Of a DNA stretch of 64,000 nucleotides, positions 27,401 to 42,100 are shown piece after piece (within the stretch, counting starts at the first letter, position 1; the number at the start of each line of letters is the position of its first letter). The stretch comes from Syncephalis fuscata S228. Its lineage: Eukaryota > Fungi > Zoopagomycota. A program made the position numbers and the translations under genes. The stretch lies in assembly GCA_025786725.1 (NCBI GenBank), contig JAHLTZ010000025.1, positions 124,001-188,000 on the forward strand, given 5' to 3'. The notes below the pieces were generated by a model. The model saw only the letters and a list, made by a program, of their open reading frames with translations, had not been told where the DNA came from and searched no databases.

Positions 27401-29683
27401 CTATGGCGTAGAGACTGCTTCGTCCATGGCCGGATCACAGTATAATATGCTGAAAGCCGTGACACATAGTCTTGATGATAAATCATCGGCCATAAGGGCA
27501 GATGGCGTATTAGTAGAGGCTGAGACTTATACAGAAGGGGCCAGAAATCCCAAAGTATACAAAACATACATCGAGGCTGGTGGCTATCGATTTTGGGCGT
27601 TAACAGCTGCTGCCTACTTTACATTGCAGCTGCTTATTATTAGTCAATCATACTGGCTGGTTATTTGGACAAGAAATTCAACTACGGAAACAAATGGAAG
27701 CTACATCCGCACTTATTTGTGGCTTGCTGTAGCAATCATGCTATTTGCCATGGTGCCATCACTAACCTTGTTTGCCACGGAGATTCGTGCTTCTCGTAAG
27801 CTGTTCAGAGGCATGCTGCATAGTGTAACATATGCATCGACCCGCTTCTTGGATAAGACACCTATAGGAAGAATTATTAATCGGTTTAGCAACGATATGA
27901 ATGACGTTGACCAAACTATGGTCTTTGCACTCCAGCATGTATTTATTTTTGCAAGCCAAATAGTGTTCCAGCTATTGGTTGTTTGCTTTGCAATACCGCA
28001 GTTTATCGTTGCAAGTATTTTAGTTTGTAAGTTACATTATACATATATATATATTAATGGGCTACTAATAACTAGTAAATACGATTCAGTCGTTTTGTAT
28101 TTTATGTTGGCAAACTATTATGTTAAAGCTAGTCGCAATTTTAAACGGTTGGAAGCAGTAAACAAGTCACCGCTCATTTCTCTATGCACAGATATGGCCA
28201 AGTAAGTTAGATTAATGCCACTTTTAGGTATTTGTACTAACATTGTACAGCGGTGTTGCTACAGTACGTGCATTTGGTATGCAAAAATGGTTCTTTGTTG
28301 AAAATCTACATCACATTGATGTTATGCAACGGCCATCGTATCTACAAGCTGGTGCCGGCCAATGGATTACCTGTCGTATCCAAGCCATTTCGGTGGTATT
28401 TACGCTATTTGCCACATCAGTCTTTATATGGAATCGAGACTACATAAGTGCCAATATTGCTGGATTTGCACTTAGCTATACACTTGGATTCTTAAACTCT
28501 TCTGCTGTAAGTGTATACTTGCTATTGGTGCTGCCGATTAACACTATTGTTTTACAGACCATTGTTCAGCGTTATACCAAGGTTGATGTTGCCATGAATA
28601 GTATAGAGCGCATTAATGAATACCTGACACTTGAGCAAGAACCGCCGGCTATTATTGAACACAACCGACCGCCTAGCAATGTAAGTCATTAGTCCAAATA
28701 CCTTTGCTGTTATACTAATTGATATGCAGTGGCCTGAACACGGTAAAGTTGAAGTGCAAGATCTTTCGATTCGCTATGCAACCGACCAAAGCCCAGTTAT
28801 ACGGGATCTGTCGTTTTCAGTTCGTCCCGGTGAGCGTATTGGCATTGTAGGTCGAACAGGTAAGTCACACGATAGCCAGTCCATACACCTGCTAATAGCA
28901 ACTGTATATTAGGTGCTGGCAAATCAACACTATCGGTAGCATTCTTCCGATTTGTAGAAGCCTATGCCGGCCGTATTGTTATTGACGACGTTGATATTAG
29001 TAAAATTGGATTAAGAGATTTACGGTCACGCTTGACCATTATCCCACAAGATCCGGTGCTATTCAGCGGTACAATCCGCAGTAACTTGGATCCATTTACG
29101 ATGCATGATGATGCAGCATTATGGAATGCACTACGCCGTACGCATCTGATTGATGAAGACATTAATGCCGAGAAGCCTATTGGTTTGGAGCATTTGGATG
29201 CACCAGTAGCTGAAAATGGATCAAACTTTAGTCATGGCCAGCGCCAATTACTGTCAATGGCCCGTGCATTACTACGTAATAGTCGGGTAAGCAAATCCAT
29301 TGAACAATAATTATATATATATATATTAACTAAACATATACATAGGTCATCATTATGGACGAGGCCACAGCATCAGTCGATTTCGACACAGATGCTAAAA
29401 TACAGCAAACAATCCGAAAAGAGTTTGCCAACTCTACACTATTGTGCATTGCTCATCGACTTCGTACCATTATCGATTATGATCGTGTCATGGTACTTGG
29501 TACGTAGTCACTATAAATAACCGCAATACCATTTATTATACTAACTATATGATAGATGCCGGTCGTCTAGTGGAACTTGATGCACCAAGTGTGCTTATTA
29601 ATCGACCAGACAGCCTCTTCCGTAACTTGTGCGAACGATCTGGCGAATTCGAATTACTATTATCCATGAGCCAGAGCAACTAA
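24477..29683 (+). CDS. ABCC (MRP/Ybt1/Bpt1-like) ABC transporter; exact 5' exon uncertain
   Basis: [128 protein letters not shown] and IAHRLRTI. 1-nt frameshifts at ~25290 and ~26748. Confidence 0.93.
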
Positions 29684-30045
29684 TTATTAATGGCTTATAT
29701 GAAATAAAGCTTGATATCTTTTATTGGATCCATGTATTCTAATACAAAACATTAGACAAATGTATTGCCATGTTGCGTGTTATTGTTTCATTATCCATAT
29801 TAATATACAAAGCTAATCCAATCTAATAGTCAATATAATTATATTTAATTATTATGCTAACCATAAATCACTATTTAATAGCATTGCAAAAATGACCAAA
29901 TAGTTTTAAACAATTGAAATAGACATATAAACAACTTTATATCTCGTAACGAGTACCATTTAACTAAGGTCATTTATTTACGCTATAACTATCACTTCAA
30001 CTAGCAGCTATCTTAACGGTAGACTTTATGTAAATCAGAAATGGC

Positions 30046-30452
30046 CTAGATACGTTCCAATGCCTCCATAGACACAATGCTATTACCACGGATTACCTAT
30101 AACAATAATACCATATCATATCATATAACAGTAACAACATAGTTAGTAGTTTATAACAAACCAACTCACAGCTACTTACAATCATGCCAATGTTATTTCT
30201 TTCAGAAGAAGATACTTCTTCAACTGCATCATCAAGAACAATGTTCATGAATGGATCATAGCCACGCAATACACCAGTGACTTTACGCGTACCATTTAAC
30301 TGAATAAGCAAACGCTTATCCATATATCTAGTTCAACATCAATAGATTGTTAGAACACCATTATAGATCTGACCGCATTATTGTCTAAGCATTCAACAAT
30401 CTATGCAGTAATACACTTACTTCCTAAGTTCTGGTGCTGGTGTCTTTCCCAT
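30046..30452 (-). CDS. SMX2: Small nuclear ribonucleoprotein Sm G
   Basis: MGKTPAPELRKYMDKRLLIQLNGTRKVTGVLRGYDPFMNIVLDD...IGMIVIRGNSIVSMEALERI*. Confidence 0.95.
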
Positions 30453-30691
30453 TATGAGCTTGATTCAAGAAGAAGAAAAGTTGTGTAGTAACAGTGTGGT
30501 TTGTTGTAATTGGGAAAGCGGGAACAATGAACTATTTTTTACTAATTTGATAGTTATTTTTACAACACATTAACATGAATTATTACAACATTTAATGACG
30601 ATTTCATATTTATTGTTAGGCAAAAACAGATGCTCTCTCCATCTTATTATTGGTAACGAATATAAGCATACTGCATTCTGTACTGGTGGAT

Positions 30692-31654
30692 TTAGAAATC
30701 CTCGGTGGATTTACGTACAATTTTCTGGACACGCTTTTTAAATGCTGGATAATCCTCTCTTAATTCTTTCTATAATTTGTGGCCATTTTGTTGATTATTA
30801 TGGCTACTAATAAAAAGATTGCTACTTACTGCTGCTTCAATGTTTGCTGGAGATTCGTCGTTAGGACTCGACAGCATAGAAATAACACTGATTAGAATAG
30901 TCTCAACGGTGTGTACGGGTAGCCAGCGTTCACTGGCTTGTTCATAGCCCCATTTATCTTCACCGGGTGGATGCTAGCATTGCAAGTATTAAATGTCTAG
31001 GTTATATGCCTTTTAAACAATAAATGCCTACTAGAATGGAAATGCAGACTTCACCAGTTTGATAAACTACAAATAGCAATGTTGTAGATTAATGGTACAG
31101 TGTAAATGCTTAACTATTGTATGGTGTACCTACCATTAGGATGCCACATTTCAGATATAAATTTTAGTTTAGGTGGTTCCATAGGATAGGTCTTATTAAT
31201 AATATAGGATTAGTACTGTGTTCTAGACTATTTATTACTAACAATTACCTCTGGAAAGGACATACGTGCTTTGAAAAAGCCGCCCTCACTATAAAGTTGG
31301 TTAGTATGAGAAAACGGGCCTATTGACTTCTAGATTCGACGTCGACCAGTATTCTCCATCACTTACTATAGCGTATTGGGTGGTCCAATAATAAGTATAT
31401 CCCACTATTGCAAAGCATACAAAACCGTGGATTAATCTACAGGTCATATGCTACTGTTTCTCTTACTTCGTAGACATTGGTGTCATCAACTAAACCAGCT
31501 GAGAATCCTTCTACTGGATTCCTATTTAATTCTAACGATCGACAAATAAACAATAAACAGCGGATATGAGTGTTTATAGAACTTTGGATAGTAGCAACGG
31601 TAGCATACCTCTCAATTGGCGCTGAAGCAATAGCGTAGACTGTCCGTTCGCCAT
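30692..31654 (-). CDS. Ubiquitin-conjugating enzyme E2, Ubc7/UBE2G1 family
   Basis: [82 protein letters not shown] and [12 protein letters not shown]. Confidence 0.93.
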
Positions 31655-32483
31655 GGCAGTGTAGTACGAGATGGCAACAGTAAGATCAAAAGAAAGCAGT
31701 GATTTGCAAATAGAGTGGCTGTATAGAGTGGTGTAGTTGCCAACAAGTAGAATTCAGTAAATAACACAGTATAGGCGAAAGAAAGAGCGGAAGATGAGTA
31801 TGGTAAGCTTATAGGCTGTGAGTAGAAGATAAGTGAATGAGCGAGCGAAAGTGAACGAGAGCGAGTGAGTGAGGGAATGAAATGAAGGACGATCCCATTG
31901 ATTAAATATATATATACACACTGCTATACACGTATATGTATAGATCACCCTATAAAGGTATTTAATCTATTATAAATGTTATATAATTATTATTAATTAA
32001 TATAGTATGTGATTTCTATATGCATATATACTCTAGCTATTCATACCATCTCCATTATAGATTAATTGTAATCTATTTTAGTATATAATTATTGTGCATT
32101 ATCTAGAAATGTTATTATTTATGGATTTAACTCATTTATTTATTAAACTACATGTATTGAAGCCTATAACAAATATAATGTATTTAATATGTCATGAAAT
32201 AATATACAGTGCATGGGATAGAATGGGAATGATATAAATGAATGGAGGATATATGCATACTGGATAATACGTTATGATTTGCTCACTGATGTGACTCACC
32301 ACCCAGCATCATGTTCAATAGATTGGATGTTTAGTTCAATTGCGCAAATACTATTGAATGTAGTCATTTAACGCAAAAGCATATTAAGTTGTCATAAATT
32401 ACTTAATAATGTTAAATGACACACAATATGTTATGTAACTGACCACTTTATTTGATAAAACTTTATTATTTCTTTCATTTACA

Positions 32484-33605
32484 CTACACCGTTTTACCAT
32501 CGCGTATTTCGTCAAAAAATGCCATATCTGTATAAGCTACTGGTCGTACCCGACTAAATGACAATGATTCAGTTGATATTGCTGCAAATGTTTCAGTTGT
32601 AGCCACTGTCTCAAGTCCATAGATAGTATGAATTTGACATGTTGCTAAATAGTCGCGTAACTTGTGGTTATGGAAAGCACCAATATGGCTTGGTTGATGA
32701 GCATCGTCAGACAGGGTAAAAAGACAGCCTTCTTCTTGTAGTATCTAATTTACATATTTATGGTTATATTGATTAGTATATACTACTTATTCGTTCATTC
32801 TCCATGGCTATTACCTTAATAACTGCCGATCGAGGATATGGTTCTAGTAGATTGTATTTCCACGCTGCTGTATTGATTTCTACTAAGCCGCCATAGCTTG
32901 CAATGAATTGAGCATTCTCACGTATTTGTTGCCATACTGCTGGTGACCATTCTGTATCAGCAGGCATAAGACGACGAATCAAATCAATATGACCAATAAC
33001 TTCCGGTTCTAGTGCTTTTAACATTGCAAACTGTGCTTTAAAATAGTCTAATACCAATTCATCGGCTGTGCCATGTGTACCACTCATTGCCTGGGCCTGG
33101 GCCAGCATTTCGGCATTAAAGTCAATAGGATGGCCGTGAACATGATGTACCGAACCGATGATGTAATCAAGTTGATACTTTTCGCGAAGTACTTCTACTT
33201 CAAATGCTGATCTGGATAGATAAATTCTGTTTCCATGCCGATAAGAATCGGCAACTGATCTTTATATTCATGACGCAGGCGTCGTGCTTCGTGAACGTAG
33301 GCGTCGAATCGTTCGACCAACTGTTGCGGTGTGGCCTCAGCCTAAACAACAGCGTTAATAGGCATGCATGCATATAACGGGTCCACCCCTATTCTAGCCT
33401 TTAGATTCAAGTACTTAGTTTGCATAACACTGTAACATACGTCTTTTTCTTCCGGATAAAGGTCCTCTGATCGACATCGCGGCATATGTTCGGACAATCC
33501 AATAAAAAGTAGATTCGCCTTTATACCAGCCTCCACTATCTGCTCAAGTGTTCCCTGAGCATGATAGCAGAACTGTCCCGAATGCGTGTGAAGTGTGAAT
33601 GGCAT
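32484..33605 (-). CDS. HIS2: Histidinol-phosphatase (PHP family)
   Basis: HTHSGQFCYHA, GLSEHMPR, IGMETE, DYIIGSVHHV, GHIDLI, EINTAA and LSDDAH. Two introns. Confidence 0.9.
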
Positions 33606-33914
33606 TGTAGTTAACGAAGCAACAAGAATGTAGTGTACTTATAGACTGCTAGTGAGGGCCCTTTTTTTAATATATGCAAGTACTACCAGTACTTGTTCTA
33701 TTTTGAGGCTTGGTTGTATCACACATTATACTCGTCATAAAACTTTTTTTTCACTATATAAAGGATAAATGGGTCCTTTTTTTCTGTTTTACCAACTGTA
33801 GTTCCATTTGTTACTTGTTCCACAGCTACTGTCTGCTGCCAGTTGGCACCGTTCTACTTGTTATCGGCCAGAGAAAGTCAAGCTAGTATTGAAATAAGCG
33901 TCTAGTTAACTATA

Positions 33915-35917
33915 ATGCAGCGCCCTCACCGTCGTCAGCCCAACGCGGCTGCTCAAGAATACTCGACGTTACTCGTTGGTGAAGATGGCAGCATGGATAA
34001 TTTGCCATCGAACCGCGTTTTAGGCTTCCATCCTAATGCTGCACCCGGCAGCGTATCATTTCCAGGTGGCAGCGAGGCATCATCGCCATTAGCCAGAGCC
34101 AACTACACGCAAAATAACAAGAATGCTACAATTCGGCCCAAAATTAAGCCTAGTCGTACGGTAGGTGTAATACTACTGTAGCCGTACTTGTTAATTAACT
34201 TGCTCTATGTATTAATTTACTGGTAATATGTTACTACTACTACTAGACCCGTACTTCTCAGAAAATCACGTTATTTCCAGTCGATGAAGATAATGCTTAT
34301 GGATCCATCGATGAAATGGGTGCCAACGATCGATCAGTTTACGATCAAGTAGCACGATTACCACAAGGCACGGTTAAGAGAGACGCCGAGCAATTACGTC
34401 AATTAGATCGTAGTAGTTTACCTCGTATGACAGCCTATTGCACTGCATCGTAAGTTATATGTAATCTTGTAAAGTGATGATTAATGTATTTATTCATTAT
34501 GACAACATAGATCTTATCGGTTAGATCAGCTATTTAAACGATTGCAATCATTAAAAACAAGTCATGGCACTGCACCCAAATTGTTTGATGAATGGTAATT
34601 GATCTAAAACAAACAGTCATACATTTATAGATTTGGATACTAATGCTAGAACTGTCCACTAGTCTTTATTCGCCCTATTCATTCACACAAGCAATTATAG
34701 AATACAATATCGGCAGTAGTAGTGGCAACGCAAGAACAGGAGGAGTAGGCCACTCTTCATCGGTCGATGCTTTACTAGATCCGCCAGTCTCTCCAACCGA
34801 CCCTACAGGCCGTCCTGATGATTCATCAGTAGACCCATCAGGCGAACTATTCGTATTTGACTATGGTGTAATTGTATTCTGGGGCTTTACGAGTCAACAA
34901 GAAACCCAATTATTGCGTGAACTATCAGTCTATGAAGATGAGAAGCTTCGTAAGTACTAATTGTAATAATCCATGTCGTAATACTAATAGAATGAACCAA
35001 TAGCACCCGATGAGGTTGAATCGGAAGAATTCCACTTTTACTATAACAAAGAGGGCCAACCACGGTAAATAGCTAATGGGTATCTATACATACCGCCATT
35101 AATCCTATGCATTTAGTATTTACAATGATGTTATTACTCTACGCTCGGCCACCAACTATATGGCCAAGTTGACAATATCCCACGCTGTGGCCCAATCAAC
35201 CAAACTGGCCTTGTTCGAAGGACTCGTTGATACAACGATCGATTCCACCAAACACATTCCATGGGAAATGGCTCGTACTGGTAACTCTAATATGTCACGG
35301 TAAGTCAATAAGCTATTGGTAAATCCACTTTATTAATTAAAGATTTAGAACGGCCATTTGCAAAAAGATTGGACAGGTAACATTGATACCACTTACCATT
35401 TCATTTACTAACTTGTTAATCTTAATATATAGCTATTTATTATGAGAATCAATGTTAATCTCGTCAGTAATGTACTCGATACACCGGAGATTTTCTGGTC
35501 AGAACCAGCTTTCCAACCATTATACAACGCTATTAAAGGTAAGCATATCATGGTATAGTTAATTAATATGGTATTAATCAAAGGAACTATTAGGCTATTT
35601 GGAGATTACGCAACGAGTTGAACTATTAAATCAACGAGTTACGGTCATCAGTGATCTATTAGATATGTTAAGAGAGCATTTAAATAGTCGTCATGGTTAG
35701 TCTATTTATTAGATCATTATAATAATGGTACTAAGTTGTGATATGTATTATAGGTGAACGATTGGAATGGATTGTGATCTATTTGATTGGTAAGTAATTA
35801 AACTATAAGTAATTAATAATACTAACAGTTATCATAATAGCCTTGGAAATCGTCATTGGTCTTATTACTATTAGTCTTGAATTATTTAGTGATCGTAATG
35901 TATTGCCTCATCATTAA
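33915..35917 (+). CDS. RMD1: Sporulation protein Rmd1 (DUF155)
   Basis: LPRMTAYCTASSYRL, ELFVFDYGVIVFWGF, KLTISHAVAQSTKLALFE, NVNLVSNVLDTPEIFW, YLEITQRVELLNQR and HGERLEWIVI. Confidence 0.88.
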
Positions 35918-36110
35918 TACAATAATAGTAATCATAGTAATAGTAATCACTCATTAATAAATAATAAATTCACTTAATGAATTAGTTAATTGTCACTTTT
36001 ACTATTGTTCTTGCTGTTATTTATACCTATTAGCTATTATTATTATTCTACACTGTTATTAACAAGGTTATTACTTCTACTACGGTGGTTGTGTTGCTGG
36101 TTGGAACAGT

Positions 36111-39100
36111 ATGCAGAGTGCCGCAGAGATACAATATGCGTCGGAACCAAAGTTCAGTCGTTATGCGCAGTTAGTTGAGCGTAATCTGCAATCATTCGAT
36201 ACAGTTAGCGAATGGGCCGACGTTATATCGTTTCTTGGTAAACTACTAAAGGTATTATAAATATATAGATATACAGATATATAGATATTTTCTAACGGCT
36301 ATAACCTACATGTATATATATATATATACATACATACATATACATGCTATATAGGCATTTCAATCGTTTGAATTCCCAGTGATTCCACATAAACTCGTGG
36401 TAACTAAACGACTAGCCCAGTGTTTGAACCCTGCACTGCCAACAGGTGTCCATCAAAAGACACTTGAAGTCTACGCATATATCCTAAATAAGATTGGTGT
36501 AAATATACAACAGTATATGACTATATTGTAAATACTAATATTAATAGTATAGCATGATCAATTGGCACACGATTTATCACTTTACGCGTATGGACTATTT
36601 CCATTTCTACAATATGCTGCCACTTCAGTTAGGGTAATTAGTTGAATGATATGGCATTCTATAGCTAATAGATAGTATTAGCCTCAATTACTAGGCTTAT
36701 TTAAAGACCACTTTCTATCATTAGGCCATAGTTTGATACCATGTTTACAAAGTCTAATACTTGCACTACTGCCCGGTCTAGATGAAGAGAGTAGTGAGCA
36801 TTTTCAACAGGTATTTCATATACTATGGCTATTATTAAACAATAATAACAATAATACTGTATATTGATGTAATTAGGTGATGGCTCTATTTGATCATCTT
36901 AGTGGTCAGGTTGGCACTGCTGTATTCTATCAAGCATTATGGAACTGTCTATTGGCATCGGAACAGTGGCGTAATTCGGTACTGCACTATCTAGGTCGTA
37001 GACTGCCTGTAATAGATCATGAAGAGGGTAAGAATAGCCATAGTACTGTATTTAAATCGATTATATAGCTTAGTTGGTTTATTAGAAATAATGACCTACC
37101 TTGGCATAGTATGACTTCTATTGTACGAGCCATTGAAGCCACTCTAGCCGATACTGATACGCTTGTTCAACGAGGCATGCTTGATTTGTTGGTCAATCGA
37201 TTTCCATTACATCGTCAGTAAGTTATTAAATAAACAATATAATAATAATTAGTTTATTTATTAATATATATATATGTATATATGTATATATTTGTAGATT
37301 ATTTAATGATACTGAATTAGTAACTTTAATGGCTGCTGCTTTACATACCGTATTACGACGTGATATGTCATTAAATCGACGACTATACACATGGTTACTA
37401 GGATCAGATGAAGAGAGAAGTAAACAACAACAATATTTTGATACTTATGCCCGTAAATCAGCCAGTAAAGCATTATCAGTAAGTGTATATCTATATATTT
37501 ATATAAAGACATTGATAATATCAACATTATATTGTTATGACTAGCAATTACTCTATGCTGAAGATGATTTGGTAGTATTACAGAAACCATTTAAAATCAT
37601 TATATCGTTACTTGATAAATGGGAAATTGGACAGCCTATTGTCAAAGAAACACTACTAGATGTCATGATATCATTAAGATTCCACGTAGATAAGAAGACT
37701 TCTAAAGGCGAGGAAGAAGTCAATGTAAGTTTATTTGTTTATGTTTAATAGTATCTATATGGATTACAACTAAGACTATCGTGTATTTAATAGCTTATTA
37801 AGACATCCAATATGTTATTTGATGTACTCGAACCATGGCAGATATGGAGTGCCATTTCCCGTCTAGTTAATGCTAATCAGACTGTATCAAGTGTTAATAG
37901 AGAAGTAAGTTATACATTAGTCTGTATATTTATTTATTCATTATATTTATTATATTCAACTACCTATATATATATATATATATATATAGTGGATTCATGT
38001 AATTGAATTTCTATTAAGTATACTAAATACTACAGATTCTGAGATACGTGATGTCCAACTACCATGTATGGTGTTATTTGTATTATGCAAGCTATCAGTA
38101 AGTTTAACTAATTTATAATAGAATATACAATTAATATTATTAATAGGTCATGGTTGATACACCAGGATTTGACTTATCTGGTGCAAGTAGTTTATCTCAA
38201 TTAGCTGCTTATTTAATTGGACGTGTATCATCAAATGCATTTAAACGTACAATAGGTTCAGGTGATTGGGCCAAATTAGTGGCACAAAAGGAACAACAAT
38301 CACAAGAAACAATAGATACAACGACGACAACAACAACGACAAATTCACTTTCTCCTACAACATGGCATAGTGCACAGGATATATTTGATGGACTATTTGC
38401 ATACTATCAAGCTGAAAGTGATCCTAGTCAAGTAGCATTGCCGGATGGCATTACGCTATTACGTATGGCCCTGCAATGTATGGAGCACTATTGACAAGTC
38501 TATGTACTAGAGCTGTATCTAATGACAATACTATTGGTGAACAAAATGTATTAACAAGTACTACAACTACAACGACAACGACAACAGATAGAAGTATTGA
38601 AGAAGAAACAAGTGATTTATTTGTAGGTCTATGTCAAACCTATGAATGGCTAGTTAAAATGCGCGGTCAATTAGTCGATAGCAATAGTAAGAAGGATGAC
38701 AATTCTTCAAATAGTAAACAATCTATACGCAATCGAACAAAATATCCATTAAAGTCACTAACTGAACGACGTCAAAATGAATTATTTTTATTATTAATTG
38801 AAACAAGTACCAAGGTTAGTCCTATTTTAATATATATATATATATTAATGTAATAATATTAATAAATATGATATTATTGTAGATGCACAATTCAATTCAG
38901 TTACCGCTGCTCTATCGGTGGCATCGACTATGGCTCGAGAGAATTACGTTGATGTATTGGATCAATTAGAGATGCCATGGTTAGGATCCGTTATTATGAA
39001 GGTAATGTTATCTATTATATTATATTTATAACTAACAATATATATAATATATAATATATAATATATACTAGTTATGGTCCTATTTATCTCCAGGTCAATT

Positions 39101-42100
39101 GTGGTTACATGAACGGTCCATTCAATTAATATGGATCTATGCTGATCTAGTTGGATCTAATGCCATTGAAGCAATTCTATTACCTTTATTACAATCAGCA
39201 TCCTCTGTTAATGAACAGATTGTAGCATTGTCACATTTCTGCGTATTCTGGCGGGTGTCTAGTAAGTATTTATAACAAATATAATATAAATATTAATAAT
39301 GAATGATTAGGTGATCAACATTTACCACAGTTATCATTTCAGACTGTACTCTTTTCAATTCTGGATAGATTACACGATACAATGGATGCTCGATTAAAAC
39401 ATGCTGCCATGTCATGGGTACAGGCCAATCTAGAGAATGCTCATAGGTAATACTCTGACATCATTAATATTAAATGGCATAGTATTGACATGTAGCTATA
39501 TAGTTGGTTAGATCCTTTATTATTAATATTAATAGAGGCCGAAGAAGATTGGCGTAGAATGGATCAAGGCAACGATGTTTCCATATTGACCACACAGTTT
39601 AGTGAAACAACAAGACCAGCATTGAAATTCAATAATGCTCAAGTAGCATATGCTTTTCATTTAGTTTGTCGTTTATTAGAACAATCTGAATTGAATTTGA
39701 TGATGATGATGCATCGACGTGTAACACCTCAAGTAGTAGAGATGATGCGTATGTTACCTGGACAATTGGCCGGTAAGTAATAGAAGATATAGAAGAACTG
39801 GCTATTAATGGTAATGATAGAGGATATGAATAGCAATATTACGTATTTTGATGTATGGTTATTTCAAGCCTTTAAGTAATTATACATTATACAATTTACA
39901 ATTTAGTATAATTTACTAACTAACTAACTAACTAATTATTATTTATTTATTTATTTAGTATTGTATAGGATCAAGGGGACGGTTACTGGATCAATATCCG
40001 GAATTACAGCCTATTCAAGCCTATGCTTTAAGAATGGCTCTTTTATTAACGCGTCAACCAGTTGAACGACTTGGTACAACAAATGTACTGCAAATGGCAT
40101 TATATGATATTGCCGTTACACTTGGTCGACATGTTAGTCATGGACAACAACAAAGCCAACAGCCATTTCTGTTGCAACTTATGCTTCAACTGTTACAACA
40201 AAGCAAATACAAGACTGCCAATACCAACAGTAATACTAGTAATGATGGTAATGATACGGCATCGTTAGAATGGATGGTTCTACTATCACAAGCAGCACTA
40301 GAGGCCATTGCTAGTCTCGCTTCTAGAAGTGTTCTTCGTAGTTGGATTGATTTTATTCCAAAAGCTGCTCGATTACACGAAGATGCTAAAGTCAGTCTTG
40401 TACTGCCATCACTTAATCGGTTCTGTCAAGAATTGAGTAAGGCCAGTAGTCAAGCAGCCAATCATGCTGGTATGGATGCCAGTTGGGATTTAGATACACT
40501 GCTGGATGGACTTGAAGAGTTTGTTGTAGGCTGTCTTGACGAGACGGCCACTACTAATGCCTCTAATGGTCTACAGTATAACCTGCCCGTCTCTATGTCA
40601 TCAATGGGTAAGTAGTAGAGTTGGGCGTGTAATAATGGATGCTTATAATATATACCATATTTGTATAGAACACCCATTGAATAGTAGTAATAGCAATCAT
40701 AGTCATCAACAGCATCAAGATAAAGTAAGTTATATCGGTGTAATTAAATCCATTACTAATCGATGGTAGTTACGAGATATTGTATTATCTCAATTACCAG
40801 TAGTCATTCAAGTAGCAGTTGATGTATGGCAAACTATTGGTAGACTACCTGAAGAAGAAGAAGAAGAAGAAGAAAAAGATAAAAGTCATACTTTAATAGA
40901 CCGTGCAACAAGAAAGTCTTCAACGACTTCGTCTTTCATGTACCGACCTTAACAATGAATACTATAACCACGACCATAGCTATAAATGCTAGATCATCTC
41001 CATTAATGCCATGGCAGAGTCAACGTACCCGTAATCGAGTTATGGGTTTTATTGAGCATTTGGGCGTATTGTGTCGAGATCCTACGGCTAGTGCTTTAAT
41101 TGATGTCTGGTCTATGGGCAATAGTAGTAGAGTAGGCGAGGATGTCATGCTTATTACCGGTCAACTTACAAGTATTAGACCGGCATTTATGTTTAAAAAG
41201 CTATTTAAAAAGATTAAAGCATCTAGTGGCAGTGGTACTAGTAATACTGGTGCAGTTGGATCTAACAGTCCTAATCTTCATTCGAGTCAACGTGGTGGAT
41301 CAAGAGAATCAAGGTAGGATTGTGACTATGGACCAATAGTGCGGATGACTAACGTGGCTATTATAGCTCATTTGTTGTATGTTTCGACTTTCTATCTAGA
41401 TATTGTTTGTTGGTAGAGATAGGAGAATGGACAGTACTTTGGCCTCGTACTATAGAATTTATTCGAGAATTAGTAAATCAAGGCAATAGGACACGGTCAT
41501 TTTGGATTGCTTGTCTTCAGTATTTCATTACAGCATGGGAGAAGACGAACCAATCAACAATAACCGTCGAGGATAATATGCAATCAGCTGCTGAGGTAAT
41601 TAATTAGTAATCATATAATGTATTTAGGATTGTTATTAATAGACATCATAGGATTTGTGTATTCGTTTAGTGGAATATGTTTATTATCGCATCATCGGTA
41701 CAGAAACGTCGTAGTAATTACGATGAAGTTGCTTCTTCAGACGGTAATGAATTAGATATAATATAGTGTGATTAATATGATCAACTAATATTATGTTAGA
41801 TGATATGTTAAGACCGGCCATGGGTGGAACAGTACTGGCTAAACGATTGGCCTATCGTTCACGTAGTCAAGATGGCGATGTTAAAGTAAGTGGTTGTCAT
41901 ATATTATGACAAGTAATTAATAGAAAATAGTTGTTATATTTTGTATCTCAAGTTTTATTACCGGCTATGGCAGATCGATTTAAAGATCAAGACCGAGTCA
42001 ATAATACATTGGCCCTAATACTACATCAAGCAATATTGCCATCTCTTCGTAAAGGATCCAAGTAAGTAGTATGAATAGCTAATAGTTAGTACGGGTTATT

